64,000 nt of DNA from an uncultured Porphyromonadaceae bacterium. GTDB taxonomy: Bacteria; Bacteroidota; Bacteroidia; Bacteroidales; Barnesiellaceae_A. This document shows positions 15,568-24,354 of the stretch, piece after piece (the stretch's first letter is position 1; each line of letters begins with the position of its first letter). The stretch lies in the NCBI GenBank assembly GCA_900538705.1, contig UPZG01000008.1, positions 10,585-74,584 of the forward strand, in the 5' to 3' direction. A model generated the notes under the pieces. That model ran no database searches. It was not told the DNA's origin and was given only the letters and a program-made list of their open reading frames with translations. Both the position numbers and the translations under genes were made by a program.

Positions 15568-17895
15568 TCAGAACGGGTAACCTATGGTGATGTGAAATGC
15601 CAGGTCGCGACCGAGGTCGGGGTCGGTGATAGCCCAGTGTAGAGCATCTTCGGCCGGGTTATAAACTTTCATACCCAAGTCGCAGCGCACAATTACATAG
15701 TCGAAGTTAAGGCGCAATCCCAATCCCCATGCTAAAGCAATCTGTTTATAGAAGGAGTCGAAACGGAACGCTCCGCCCGGTTGTGTTTCGTACTCTTTGA
15801 TAGTCCATATATTGCCGGCGTCGACAAATGCTGCCATCTCGAGTTTCCAGAAAAGTTTGGCACGATATTCCAAACTCAGGTCGAGCCGTACATCGCCGCA
15901 TTGATATATAAAGTTGGCCACATTGTTTTGTCCGTTGTAACTACCCGGTCCCAACGAGCGTACCGACCATCCTCGCACGCTGTTGGCTCCTCCCGAATAA
16001 AAGCGTTTCTCAAATGGTATAGCCGATGAGTTGCCATAAGGAAATCCTATGCCAAAGCCCGCATGAAAAGCCCATGAGTTGCGTTCGTCTATGGTGTAGA
16101 GGTAGCTGTAGTCTATATCGCCTTTGACATACTGCGAGTAGCGTATGCCGAAGATTTTATAACCGTTATCGTATGATGCGTGTGTCAGGTTAGAGATGGC
16201 ATACAGCAAGTTGCCCGATGTTTCTACCGAAGTACGCAGCGTGTATATGTGATTCAGATTTTTCTTTCTTCCGGGGAGGGTTGTCTCGGGAATATTGCTG
16301 GTATAGTAGTTATAGCCGATACGCATGATAAAATGGTCTTCGTAGCTATAGCGTAGTAATGGGTTGGTAGGGGCGATGGTCTCCAAAAAGCCGTCCATAT
16401 ATTGCGGCAAGTATACGTAGTTGATGTCCAGAAGGTCGAATTGGTGGCGGTTGTGGTGCGATGTCCAGTTATATCGCCATGCCGCACCGGCTATTACGCG
16501 GGTATACTCGGGGCGTTGTTGAAAGTTGATGGAGAGGTCGAAGTCGGTCGTTGCCAATAAGTTGCGGCTTATCCTGTGGGGAATGAACGGAAACATGAAT
16601 TTCGGGATTTTTAGTCCCAAGCGGCCTCCCAACTCGGTATAGTGGTCGTTGATGATACCTTCTAACGAACCCGAAATGCTTTCGTATGCACCACGTACCT
16701 CGGCTGTGAATGTTTCCGACCCCTTGAATATGTTGCGGTGCTGGTAGGTTACCGAAGCTGCTACGCCCAAGTCGCCCTCTGAGTTGGTACCTTCTAACTC
16801 TACCCCTATGTTTTGCGTCTTGCGTGGAGTGAGGAAGATGTAGCAATCGATGGCATGGGCAGCCTCTGTTTCATCAAGCAGGAGGAATCGTATATTGACG
16901 TTTTTCAGATATGTAAGTCGGCCAAACGATGAGTATGTACGGTCTACATCTCTGCTGCTGTATGGCTTATTTGGGCGGATGTGGCAGTTGTCCACTATGG
17001 CGCCGCGAGTAAGGTAGCGGTCTTTTCCATAAAGTATATATATACCTTTGTACTCTTCGGCTTTTGAACAATCAACCCTTCGCAGGTCTATGTTAGAGAG
17101 CGTATAGTCGGTGATAATATATACGTTACGTATCATGTAAGGGTAGTAGTTGTAGTACGAAGGAGGTGTCTCCTGGTCTATCGATGGCATAGGTCGTAGT
17201 TGCATGGTGAGGTCTACAGCCCGTGAGGTGGCCGAAGTATCGGCATTGAAGGTGATAAGGTCTTTCCCGAAAGTATAATACCCCGCTTGTCGCAGTTGTG
17301 TGGTGATGCGCTCGCGCTCCTTGTCAAGCAAGGTACGGTCGAGCAACATCCCTTTTTTCAACAACGAAGGTTGCGACTGTATGAGGCTATCGATAGTACT
17401 ATGAGGAATATGATAGCCTATGGAATCGATGTAGAAAGGTTCGTTGGTCGTTATACGATAAGTTACCTGTATGCGGCGCTTCTTTATAACTGTGTCGGCT
17501 TCGACCTCGGCATGCATATATCCGGCATTCGATAGCGCTTTGGAGAGCTGTTGGCACGACGCAGCTGTTGCACTTTCGTCGTATATGACAGGCGGTGTAC
17601 CTATCTTGCGAAACCAACGGTTGAGCCACTTGCTCGTGTCTTGTCCCGAGAGATTGTATATGGCAAGTTGCAGGCGCGCCACGCCGAGTATTCTGAAGTT
17701 AGGCTCTTGCCGCAGGTATGGTTTCAGCGTCTCGGGCTTTACCTCCTTATTGTCGGTTACGATTTTCACCTTGTCGAGCAGATACTCTCCTTGCGGCACA
17801 TGCTTGGTGGGGCTGCAACCTGTCAGAGACAGGAGCAGAAAAATCGATAGCAATGCCACCGACAGGCCGAATGTATGACGGAGAGATATGCCCAT
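15568..17895 (-). CDS. Omp85/BamA-TamA family outer-membrane protein, lipoprotein form (TamL-like paralog 1)
   Basis: ORF track 15568..17919; the ATG at 17895 gives MGISLRHTFGLSVALLSIFLLLSLTGC (lipobox). The C-terminal barrel motifs are FYSGGANSVRGWSVRSLGPGSY, FVDAGNIW and HITIGYPF. A promoter lies inside the longer ORF version. Confidence 0.8.
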   Translation of the reverse strand: MGISLRHTFGLSVALLSIFLLLSLTGCSPTKHVPQGEYLLDKVKIVTDNKEVKPETLKPYLRQEPNFRILGVARLQLAIYNLSGQDTSKWLNRWFRKIGTPPVIYDESATAASCQQLSKALSNAGYMHAEVEADTVIKKRRIQVTYRITTNEPFYIDSIGYHIPHSTIDSLIQSQPSLLKKGMLLDRTLLDKERERITTQLRQAGYYTFGKDLITFNADTSATSRAVDLTMQLRPMPSIDQETPPSYYNYYPYMIRNVYIITDYTLSNIDLRRVDCSKAEEYKGIYILYGKDRYLTRGAIVDNCHIRPNKPYSSRDVDRTYSSFGRLTYLKNVNIRFLLLDETEAAHAIDCYIFLTPRKTQNIGVELEGTNSEGDLGVAASVTYQHRNIFKGSETFTAEVRGAYESISGSLEGIINDHYTELGGRLGLKIPKFMFPFIPHRISRNLLATTDFDLSINFQQRPEYTRVIAGAAWRYNWTSHHNRHQFDLLDINYVYLPQYMDGFLETIAPTNPLLRYSYEDHFIMRIGYNYYTSNIPETTLPGRKKNLNHIYTLRTSVETSGNLLYAISNLTHASYDNGYKIFGIRYSQYVKGDIDYSYLYTIDERNSWAFHAGFGIGFPYGNSSAIPFEKRFYSGGANSVRGWSVRSLGPGSYNGQNNVANFIYQCGDVRLDLSLEYRAKLFWKLEMAAFVDAGNIWTIKEYETQPGGAFRFDSFYKQIALAWGLGLRLNFDYVIVRCDLGMKVYNPAEDALHWAITDPDLGRDLAFHITIGYPF

Positions 17896-17916
17896 GTATT
17901 GTGTTGTATGAGAGTG

Positions 17917-17948
17917 CAAAGATAATGCAATTGCCGGGCAGAAACAAA
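17917..17948 (-). promoter_or_regulatory. Promoter, perfect TTTG-N20-TATCTTTG
   Basis: Minus strand reads TTTGtttctgcccggcaattgcatTATCTTTG. The -7 box ends 21 nt before the ATG at 17895. Confidence 0.6.
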
Positions 17949-18022
17949 CTGAAAGGATATTTGTAAATTAGTATGATGATTGAAAAAACAAGGGTATGAT
18001 ATGCATATATGTATCTATGCAA

Positions 18023-18053
18023 TTTTAGGATAGCGGTTTTTGTGTTACTTTTG
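18023..18053 (+). promoter_or_regulatory. Putative promoter of the thioesterase gene (TTTT-N19-TACTTTTG)
   Basis: TACTTTTG at 18046-18053 matches TAnnTTTG, 44 nt before the ATG at 18098. The -33 element is imperfect. Confidence 0.4.
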
Positions 18054-18097
18054 CAGGCGGAAAAACACCGGGTGAAGGTGTTGGATGACTTGATGGG

Positions 18098-18862
18098 ATG
18101 AAAGAAAAAATTTTCAGTAAGACATTTTGTCTCTCGCCGGGCGAGAGTAACGGCCAGCAGGAGATGCCGTTGTCGCTATTGGCAGGACGTATTATAGAGG
18201 TGGCTACACTGCACGCCGAGTCGTGGGATGTGGGCTATACCGAGTTGATAAAGAACCATTTGGCATGGGTGTTGTCGCGGCTGACGATAGAGGTGACACG
18301 TTTCCCTGCCATCAACGAGAACTATACTTTACTTACGTGGATAGAGAGTTACAACAAGCACTTCTCGGCGCGTAACTTCGAGTTGATAGATGGTGAGGGG
18401 CGTACCTTTGGTTTTGCCCGTACAATATGGGTGGTACTCGACCTCTCTACCCGTCGTTCTTCTGATATGAGCCGCTTGGAGAATCTGGGTACTTTGGTTC
18501 TTGACAGGCCTTGTCCTATTGAGCCATTCTCGCATATAAAGGTCGATACTGAGCAGAAGTTGTTGTCGTATCCGGTGCGTTACAGTGATATAGACCTCAA
18601 CCGCCATGTCAACAGTATGCGGTATATCGAGCATATTCTCGACTTGTATCCTTTCTCGTGGTACGACCGTTATCGCGTGTCGCGTTTCGAGATTGCATTT
18701 GCACATGAGGCGCGTCCGGGTATCGATATTGATGTGTATGCCCGGCAAACAACGGCTACCGACCATTGTGTAGAGCTGCGGCACGAAGAGAGTTGCTTGT
18801 GCAAGAGCCGGTTGTGCTTTGAGCTTCGTGCAGAACCGGTTTCACTGCCGTTTATGGGGTAA
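18098..18862 (+). CDS. Acyl-ACP thioesterase
   Basis: 254-aa ORF with a double hotdog pattern: LAWVLSRLTIEVTRFPAINENYTLLTWIESYNKHFSARNFELIDGEG, then DIDLNRHVNSMRYIEHILD. Confidence 0.8.
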   Translation: MKEKIFSKTFCLSPGESNGQQEMPLSLLAGRIIEVATLHAESWDVGYTELIKNHLAWVLSRLTIEVTRFPAINENYTLLTWIESYNKHFSARNFELIDGEGRTFGFARTIWVVLDLSTRRSSDMSRLENLGTLVLDRPCPIEPFSHIKVDTEQKLLSYPVRYSDIDLNRHVNSMRYIEHILDLYPFSWYDRYRVSRFEIAFAHEARPGIDIDVYARQTTATDHCVELRHEESCLCKSRLCFELRAEPVSLPFMG

Positions 18863-18877
18863 AGGCATTATAGCATA

Positions 18878-18928
18878 CAGACGAGACGCCGTGTTGCATG
18901 AAGCGGCGCCTCGTCTGTTTTTGTTTTT
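18878..18928 (+). terminator. Rho-independent terminator
   Basis: CAGACGAGACGCC...GGCGCCTCGTCTG stem followed by TTTTTGTTTTT. Confidence 0.65.
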
Positions 18929-18961
18929 GAAAATACAAGTGTGTAGTCTTGTGCCGGGCTA

Positions 18962-19414
18962 TTATAGTTTTTTGTGTTTGACGTAGCTGCCTTGCATATC
19001 AAACCGTACTTTTACTTTATCGCCAGCCATTTTTACGGTATAACCCTTATTGTTGCGGCTTATTTCGTAGATGATACCATCGGGATGATGAGCCTTCAGA
19101 TAGCTGCGGGCTGGTGCGGGTAGTAAGGAAATGACCGAAGCCGGCAGAGCCTGTCGTCGAGAGTTTTCTATCTCTTTCCAGTTCCCGTTTTTATCGAATT
19201 CCACCTCCTGGTTGGTCGTAGTCTCTACTTTCAATTTGCCATCATCGTGATAGGCCTGGGCTATTGTAGTACCAAAATGGGTTTTCATGAACTGCTGTAC
19301 TCGGGGAGGAATGTCGTTTTTCTCTATAAATTCTTTACGTTCTGCGCCGTATGCGAGATTGAAGACTGCGAGAAACATTGCGCCACATAGGGCGCATATC
19401 CACATTTTTTTCAT
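18962..19414 (-). CDS. PepSY-like (beta-lactamase-inhibitor-like) periplasmic protein
   Basis: 150-aa ORF with signal peptide MKKMWICALCGAMFLAVFNLAYG. Two repeats of the PepSY-like pattern are present (PPRVQQFMKTHFG...VEFDKNGNWKEIE and LPAPARSYLKAHHPDG...VRFDMQGSY). Confidence 0.7.
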   Translation of the reverse strand: MKKMWICALCGAMFLAVFNLAYGAERKEFIEKNDIPPRVQQFMKTHFGTTIAQAYHDDGKLKVETTTNQEVEFDKNGNWKEIENSRRQALPASVISLLPAPARSYLKAHHPDGIIYEISRNNKGYTVKMAGDKVKVRFDMQGSYVKHKKL

Positions 19415-19515
19415 ACTTTTACCTCATTAATGATAGATTGTCTAAGAGCTAAACAATAAACTGTGAGATATGTTTCTGATAATGAAAGTATAGACAGTTA
19501 AAGTTGCTAAATGGC

Positions 19516-22500
19516 ATGAAACGTGCGACGAAATATATATTATGTGCAATAGGCGGGCTTTTTGTCTTGTTATTGCTGCTTCCTGCTGCTTTGTATGTTC
19601 CTGCCATACAAAAAGCCCTTGTGCAATATTCAGAACGTTGGATAGGCGAGCATACCGGCATGTCGGTGTCGGTCGGCGGGTTGTCGTTGCGTTTCCCATT
19701 AGATCTTTCGATAGATAATGTGACGGTTGCTCATAACGATAATGATACGTTGGCTGCGGTAGGGAGCGTCCGCGTTCGTGTTGCATTGTTGCCGCTTTTG
19801 CGCAAGAGAGCCGACATATCCGGTATCAGGTTGGACGACGTACGGTTCAACTATCTATCTGAAGATTCTTCGATGCTTCTTGGTGTAGCTGCCGGCCGGT
19901 TACAATTGGATGGTGGAGCGGTAGACCTTGCAAAGGGGAAAGTGCAGGTAGAGAATTTGTCGCTGACCCAAGCCGATATATCGCTTGTGTTGCGAGACGT
20001 CGTAGATACTGATACGGTTCAGACTGTTGTGTTACCCGATTGGGAGATAGATATTGCTTCTATCGACTTGTCAGATATAGCATATACCATGTATATGCCA
20101 CCTCTCATCGATACACTGAGGGTAGGCTTGCCACATGCATCTGTTACTGCTGGAAAGGTGTCGTTAGCCCGGCAACAGGTAGATGTGGGTAGGCTTGCTA
20201 TAGACCGGGGTAATTATCGCTATATAGCGCGACATATGGCCGATGCCGACAGTGTCGCTGCCGATACTGTGCAAACTGTTGCCGCCTCTCTGCCGTGGCA
20301 GATATCGGTGGCAGATGTATGGCTGGCAGATAACAGTGCGGCATATGAAACAGGGACAATGCCGGCCACAGAAGGTTTTGATGCAGAGCATATAGCTGCC
20401 GACCGTATCTGTCTGTCTCTCTCATCGGTATATAACCGGGGTAGTGAGTTGCGGCTTATGGTTGATTCGCTTTCGATGAACGAGCGCTCTGGCATAGCTG
20501 TTACCCGGGCTGCCGGAGGCTTTGCGATGGAGGAGAATCGTATTACGGTCTCTGACTTTACCTTGTTTACGCCTTATAGCGATGTCCGTGTTGAAGCCGA
20601 TGTGGATATGCGCTTTTTTGATGATAATCCAGAGGCTCCCATTTATGCGGTTATAGAGAGCAATCTGGCTCTGTCTGATATTGAAAAGTTCTATCCCGAT
20701 GTGGCACATTTCTATATCCATCCGCAACGTTATCACTCGCCTTTTCTCCCTGTCGGTACGTCGTTGTTGCGGGGCATGGAGCTGCTCCATGCTCGCGTCG
20801 ATATAGAAGGTACAAGCAAGAAGCTGCAAGTGAAAGGTATTGATCTCGCACAGCCGGGTATATTTACATTGCAAATGAAGGGAGAGGCATCGTCGATATG
20901 GAGTACTTCGCAGCGGCAGGCCGATTTAAGGTGTCAGGTTACTACCACGAGTGCTGTGTCGTTGTATAATTTTATAGCCGACTCTTTACTATTTGGGCGA
21001 GTTGTCATGCAGCCGTTGCGTGTCGACAGTCGTGCCACTTTGCGAGGTAATCGCATAGATGGCGGCTTGTTTTTAAGATGCCTTGGTGGTGGAATAGCTG
21101 TAAGAGGTGGGTATGACATTCGTCGTGAGAGTTATGAAGCTAAAATAGGAGTACGTCATTTCCCGATTGATTCTATTTTGCCCTACGATTCTATAGGTGC
21201 TTTGACGGCTCATGCCGAGGTGTCGGGTAGTCACTTCAATTTTGTCGATTCGGCTACTACTGCCGAGTTGCATTTCAAGCTTGATTCTCTCCTGTATAAG
21301 GATGTGCCGTATAACGGTATCAGTCTCTCGGCATTATTGAAAAAGCAACATTGGCAATTACAACTCGTGAGTGAACAACCGGCATTGGATGTAGACGTGG
21401 ATGCTCACGGCATCTATACACCCGATTTGATGGTAGCCAACGTAAAAGCCGATTTGCGTATGCTTGATTTGGCATCTCTTCATTTTGCCTCCGATTCGCT
21501 CAACGTACAAGCTGGCATAACGGCACAGGTGGTGGCATCGCGCAACGACAGCTTGTTGCAGGCCGATGTAGAGGTGAATAAGCTGGCCCTTGTCATGGGT
21601 AATTATCGCTACCGTGCCGAGAGCATGAGTTGTGTGGCGGCCAGTGATATAACATATAGTTATGTCGATTTTTCTACCGGCGATATTGATGCCACATTGA
21701 CATCTGATGTGGGACTGGGACGTTTGAGTCCGAGCCTTGAGCGTCTGACACAATTTGCCGATACAGTATGGCAGCGTCAGCGTCTTAACATGGATGAGCT
21801 GCATCGTGGATTACCGCCTTTTACCATAGATATAGAGGCTGGTAGGGACAATGTTTTGCAGCAATACCTCAACAGTATGGGGGTGAAATTTGCTTCGTTC
21901 AGTTTCAATGCCCATAACGATTCCTTGTTTGGAGTCTCGGCACAGTTGCAACGGCTCAACCTGTCAGGAACCCAGTTGGATACGATAACCTTTGTGGCCG
22001 ATGAGGTAAAAAGGCGTCTCAATTATTCGTTGCAGGTAAAGAATAAGCCCGGTAATCTCGATGAGTTTGCAAGGCTTTCTATCGATGGTTTTCTCTCGGG
22101 CAACAGCACACGTTTGTTATGCACACAAGAAAACCGCAAGGGCGAAAATGGTTTTCTCTTAGGTTGTAAAGTCGATTTCCTCGATTCATTACTGACACTC
22201 TCTTTTGGCCCGAAACAACCAGTCATAGGTTATAAGCAATGGACTCTCAATCAAGGTAACTTCCTTACATACAATTATAATACCCGTCATATAGAGGCCG
22301 ATATACGGCTTGACTACGGCGATAGTCGCATATATCTTTCTACTGTCGACCGTCGGAATAAGTCGGTAGACGGAGTTCATCTCGATGTGCGCAACATCAG
22401 GCTTTCAGATTGGTTAGTGGCCTCGCCGTTTATGCCACCTGTCGATGGCAATATCTCTACCGATATTTATGTTGATTTGCCACCTGATGGTATTGTTGCA

Positions 22501-24354
22501 GAAGGTGCTATAGGTATCAGGGATTTGCAGTATGCCAATAAGCGTGTAGGAACGTTTGATGTGAGCGCTTTTTATAAACTCGATGCATCGGGTATTGGTA
22601 ATATAGGAGCCGAGATGATGGTCGATAGTGCACGGGTGCTTCAACTGTCGGCACAATACAATACACCCCAGAAAAACATAGAGGGAAACATGCAGGTAGT
22701 AGCTTTCCCGTTATCGGCAGCCAATGCCCTTTTTCCTGCGAAGGATGGCGGTTTTGCCGGAACACTGAATAGTGAACTGACCCTCTCTGGTACTGTGGAA
22801 AGGCCGTGGGTTGATGGCTTTATTCGATTTGATGATACAAAGATTGTATTGTCGGCTTTGGGAACATCGTTGGCTTTCGATTCCAAAGAGATTCCTATAC
22901 GTCGCAACAAAATCTATTTTGATTCCTATGGTTTACGGGGAGCCAATAACAGTCCGTTGAATATAGATGGTACAATAGATTTTTCTGACTTGTCGCGTAT
23001 GGGTATCAATATCGACCTGATGGGACGTAATTTTGAACCGATACACACGGCAGAGAATCGCACAGCCATGATTTATGGCTCTGTTTTTGCCGATGTTGCA
23101 GCACGCATCCGAGGTTCGCTCGACAATCTGTCGGTCAATGGGCGCATCTCATTACTGTCGGGGACGAATGCCACCTATGTAATGCAAGATAATCACATGC
23201 AGCGGGGGCAAGATTATTCCGATATGGTTACGTTTGTATCTTTTGCCGATACAATGGATACTTACGAGAAGATTGCCAATTCGCGGACAGCGGCAACCAC
23301 CAATATCAATGCGACGGTCAATATAGATATTGACGAAGGTGTGCAGCTGGGGGTAAATTTGTCACTCGACGGAAATAACCGTATAGACCTTGTGGGAGGA
23401 GGCAGCCTTCTTTATACCATGACAGCCTTGGGTGATAATCGTTTTACCGGGAAGTATAATCTTACGGGTGGTTTTGTGCGTTATAATCCCCCTGTTTTGT
23501 CACAAAAGATTTTCAATATACAAGAGGGCAGTTATGTACTGTGGAATGGTGATATTGCCGATCCGTCGTTCAACATAAAAGCTGTTCAGCGGCAACGCTC
23601 ATCGGTATCGGATGGCAATAAGGGCTCTCGTCCTGTGGAGTTTGATATTACTATTTATGTGACCAATACACTTGAAAATCTTGGCATTTCGTTTGACCTC
23701 TCGACAACCGACGACTTAACTATACAAAACGAATTGCAGGGGCTTACCCCCGAGCAACGCTCCTCGAAAGCCATCAATATGCTATTGTATAATTCGTATA
23801 CCGACCTTGCCTCTTCGTCCGATATTACCGGGAATTCTCTCAATTCGTTTCTCGAAAGTGAGCTTAATTCATGGGCTCAAAAGACATTGAAAGGCATAGA
23901 CCTCTCTTTTGGTATCAATAACTATGGCGACGATGGTACAGGTACGCAACGTACCGACTATTCTTATAAATTCTCCAAGAGTCTCTTTGACAATAGGTTG
24001 AAGGTTGTTGTGGGCGGTAGTTATGCAACGAACCAAGATGCAACACAAAACCTGAAAGAGAATCTGATAGACGATATTTCGCTTGAATATCGTTTGACAA
24101 AACGCGAAAACATGTATCTCCGGGTATTCCGGCACACAGGGTACGAGAGTATCATAGAGGGTGAAATAACGCAGACGGGTGTCGGTTTCTTATATAGAAA
24201 ACAGTTGATGTCGTTGTTTGACCTTTTCCGTAAAAAGAGAAATAGTGTTTTGCCTTATTCTCCGTTGCAGAGTGGTACAAAAGAGTTTCTACCAGTTGTA
24301 GCTCAACCCGATACGACTATTGTTTCACCCCAAAAAGAGGAGGATGCTTTATGA
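19516..24354 (+). CDS. tamB: Translocation and assembly module protein TamB (AsmA-like, DUF490-type C-terminus)
   Basis: ORF track 19504..24354 starts on TTG; the first ATG at 19516 gives MKRATKYILCAIGGLFVLLLLLPAALYV, an N-terminal anchor. The protein is ~1610 aa and beta-rich. The stop overlaps the start of the downstream Omp85 gene (ATGA). Confidence 0.85.
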   Translation: MKRATKYILCAIGGLFVLLLLLPAALYVPAIQKALVQYSERWIGEHTGMSVSVGGLSLRFPLDLSIDNVTVAHNDNDTLAAVGSVRVRVALLPLLRKRADISGIRLDDVRFNYLSEDSSMLLGVAAGRLQLDGGAVDLAKGKVQVENLSLTQADISLVLRDVVDTDTVQTVVLPDWEIDIASIDLSDIAYTMYMPPLIDTLRVGLPHASVTAGKVSLARQQVDVGRLAIDRGNYRYIARHMADADSVAADTVQTVAASLPWQISVADVWLADNSAAYETGTMPATEGFDAEHIAADRICLSLSSVYNRGSELRLMVDSLSMNERSGIAVTRAAGGFAMEENRITVSDFTLFTPYSDVRVEADVDMRFFDDNPEAPIYAVIESNLALSDIEKFYPDVAHFYIHPQRYHSPFLPVGTSLLRGMELLHARVDIEGTSKKLQVKGIDLAQPGIFTLQMKGEASSIWSTSQRQADLRCQVTTTSAVSLYNFIADSLLFGRVVMQPLRVDSRATLRGNRIDGGLFLRCLGGGIAVRGGYDIRRESYEAKIGVRHFPIDSILPYDSIGALTAHAEVSGSHFNFVDSATTAELHFKLDSLLYKDVPYNGISLSALLKKQHWQLQLVSEQPALDVDVDAHGIYTPDLMVANVKADLRMLDLASLHFASDSLNVQAGITAQVVASRNDSLLQADVEVNKLALVMGNYRYRAESMSCVAASDITYSYVDFSTGDIDATLTSDVGLGRLSPSLERLTQFADTVWQRQRLNMDELHRGLPPFTIDIEAGRDNVLQQYLNSMGVKFASFSFNAHNDSLFGVSAQLQRLNLSGTQLDTITFVADEVKRRLNYSLQVKNKPGNLDEFARLSIDGFLSGNSTRLLCTQENRKGENGFLLGCKVDFLDSLLTLSFGPKQPVIGYKQWTLNQGNFLTYNYNTRHIEADIRLDYGDSRIYLSTVDRRNKSVDGVHLDVRNIRLSDWLVASPFMPPVDGNISTDIYVDLPPDGIVAEGAIGIRDLQYANKRVGTFDVSAFYKLDASGIGNIGAEMMVDSARVLQLSAQYNTPQKNIEGNMQVVAFPLSAANALFPAKDGGFAGTLNSELTLSGTVERPWVDGFIRFDDTKIVLSALGTSLAFDSKEIPIRRNKIYFDSYGLRGANNSPLNIDGTIDFSDLSRMGINIDLMGRNFEPIHTAENRTAMIYGSVFADVAARIRGSLDNLSVNGRISLLSGTNATYVMQDNHMQRGQDYSDMVTFVSFADTMDTYEKIANSRTAATTNINATVNIDIDEGVQLGVNLSLDGNNRIDLVGGGSLLYTMTALGDNRFTGKYNLTGGFVRYNPPVLSQKIFNIQEGSYVLWNGDIADPSFNIKAVQRQRSSVSDGNKGSRPVEFDITIYVTNTLENLGISFDLSTTDDLTIQNELQGLTPEQRSSKAINMLLYNSYTDLASSSDITGNSLNSFLESELNSWAQKTLKGIDLSFGINNYGDDGTGTQRTDYSYKFSKSLFDNRLKVVVGGSYATNQDATQNLKENLIDDISLEYRLTKRENMYLRVFRHTGYESIIEGEITQTGVGFLYRKQLMSLFDLFRKKRNSVLPYSPLQSGTKEFLPVVAQPDTTIVSPQKEEDAL

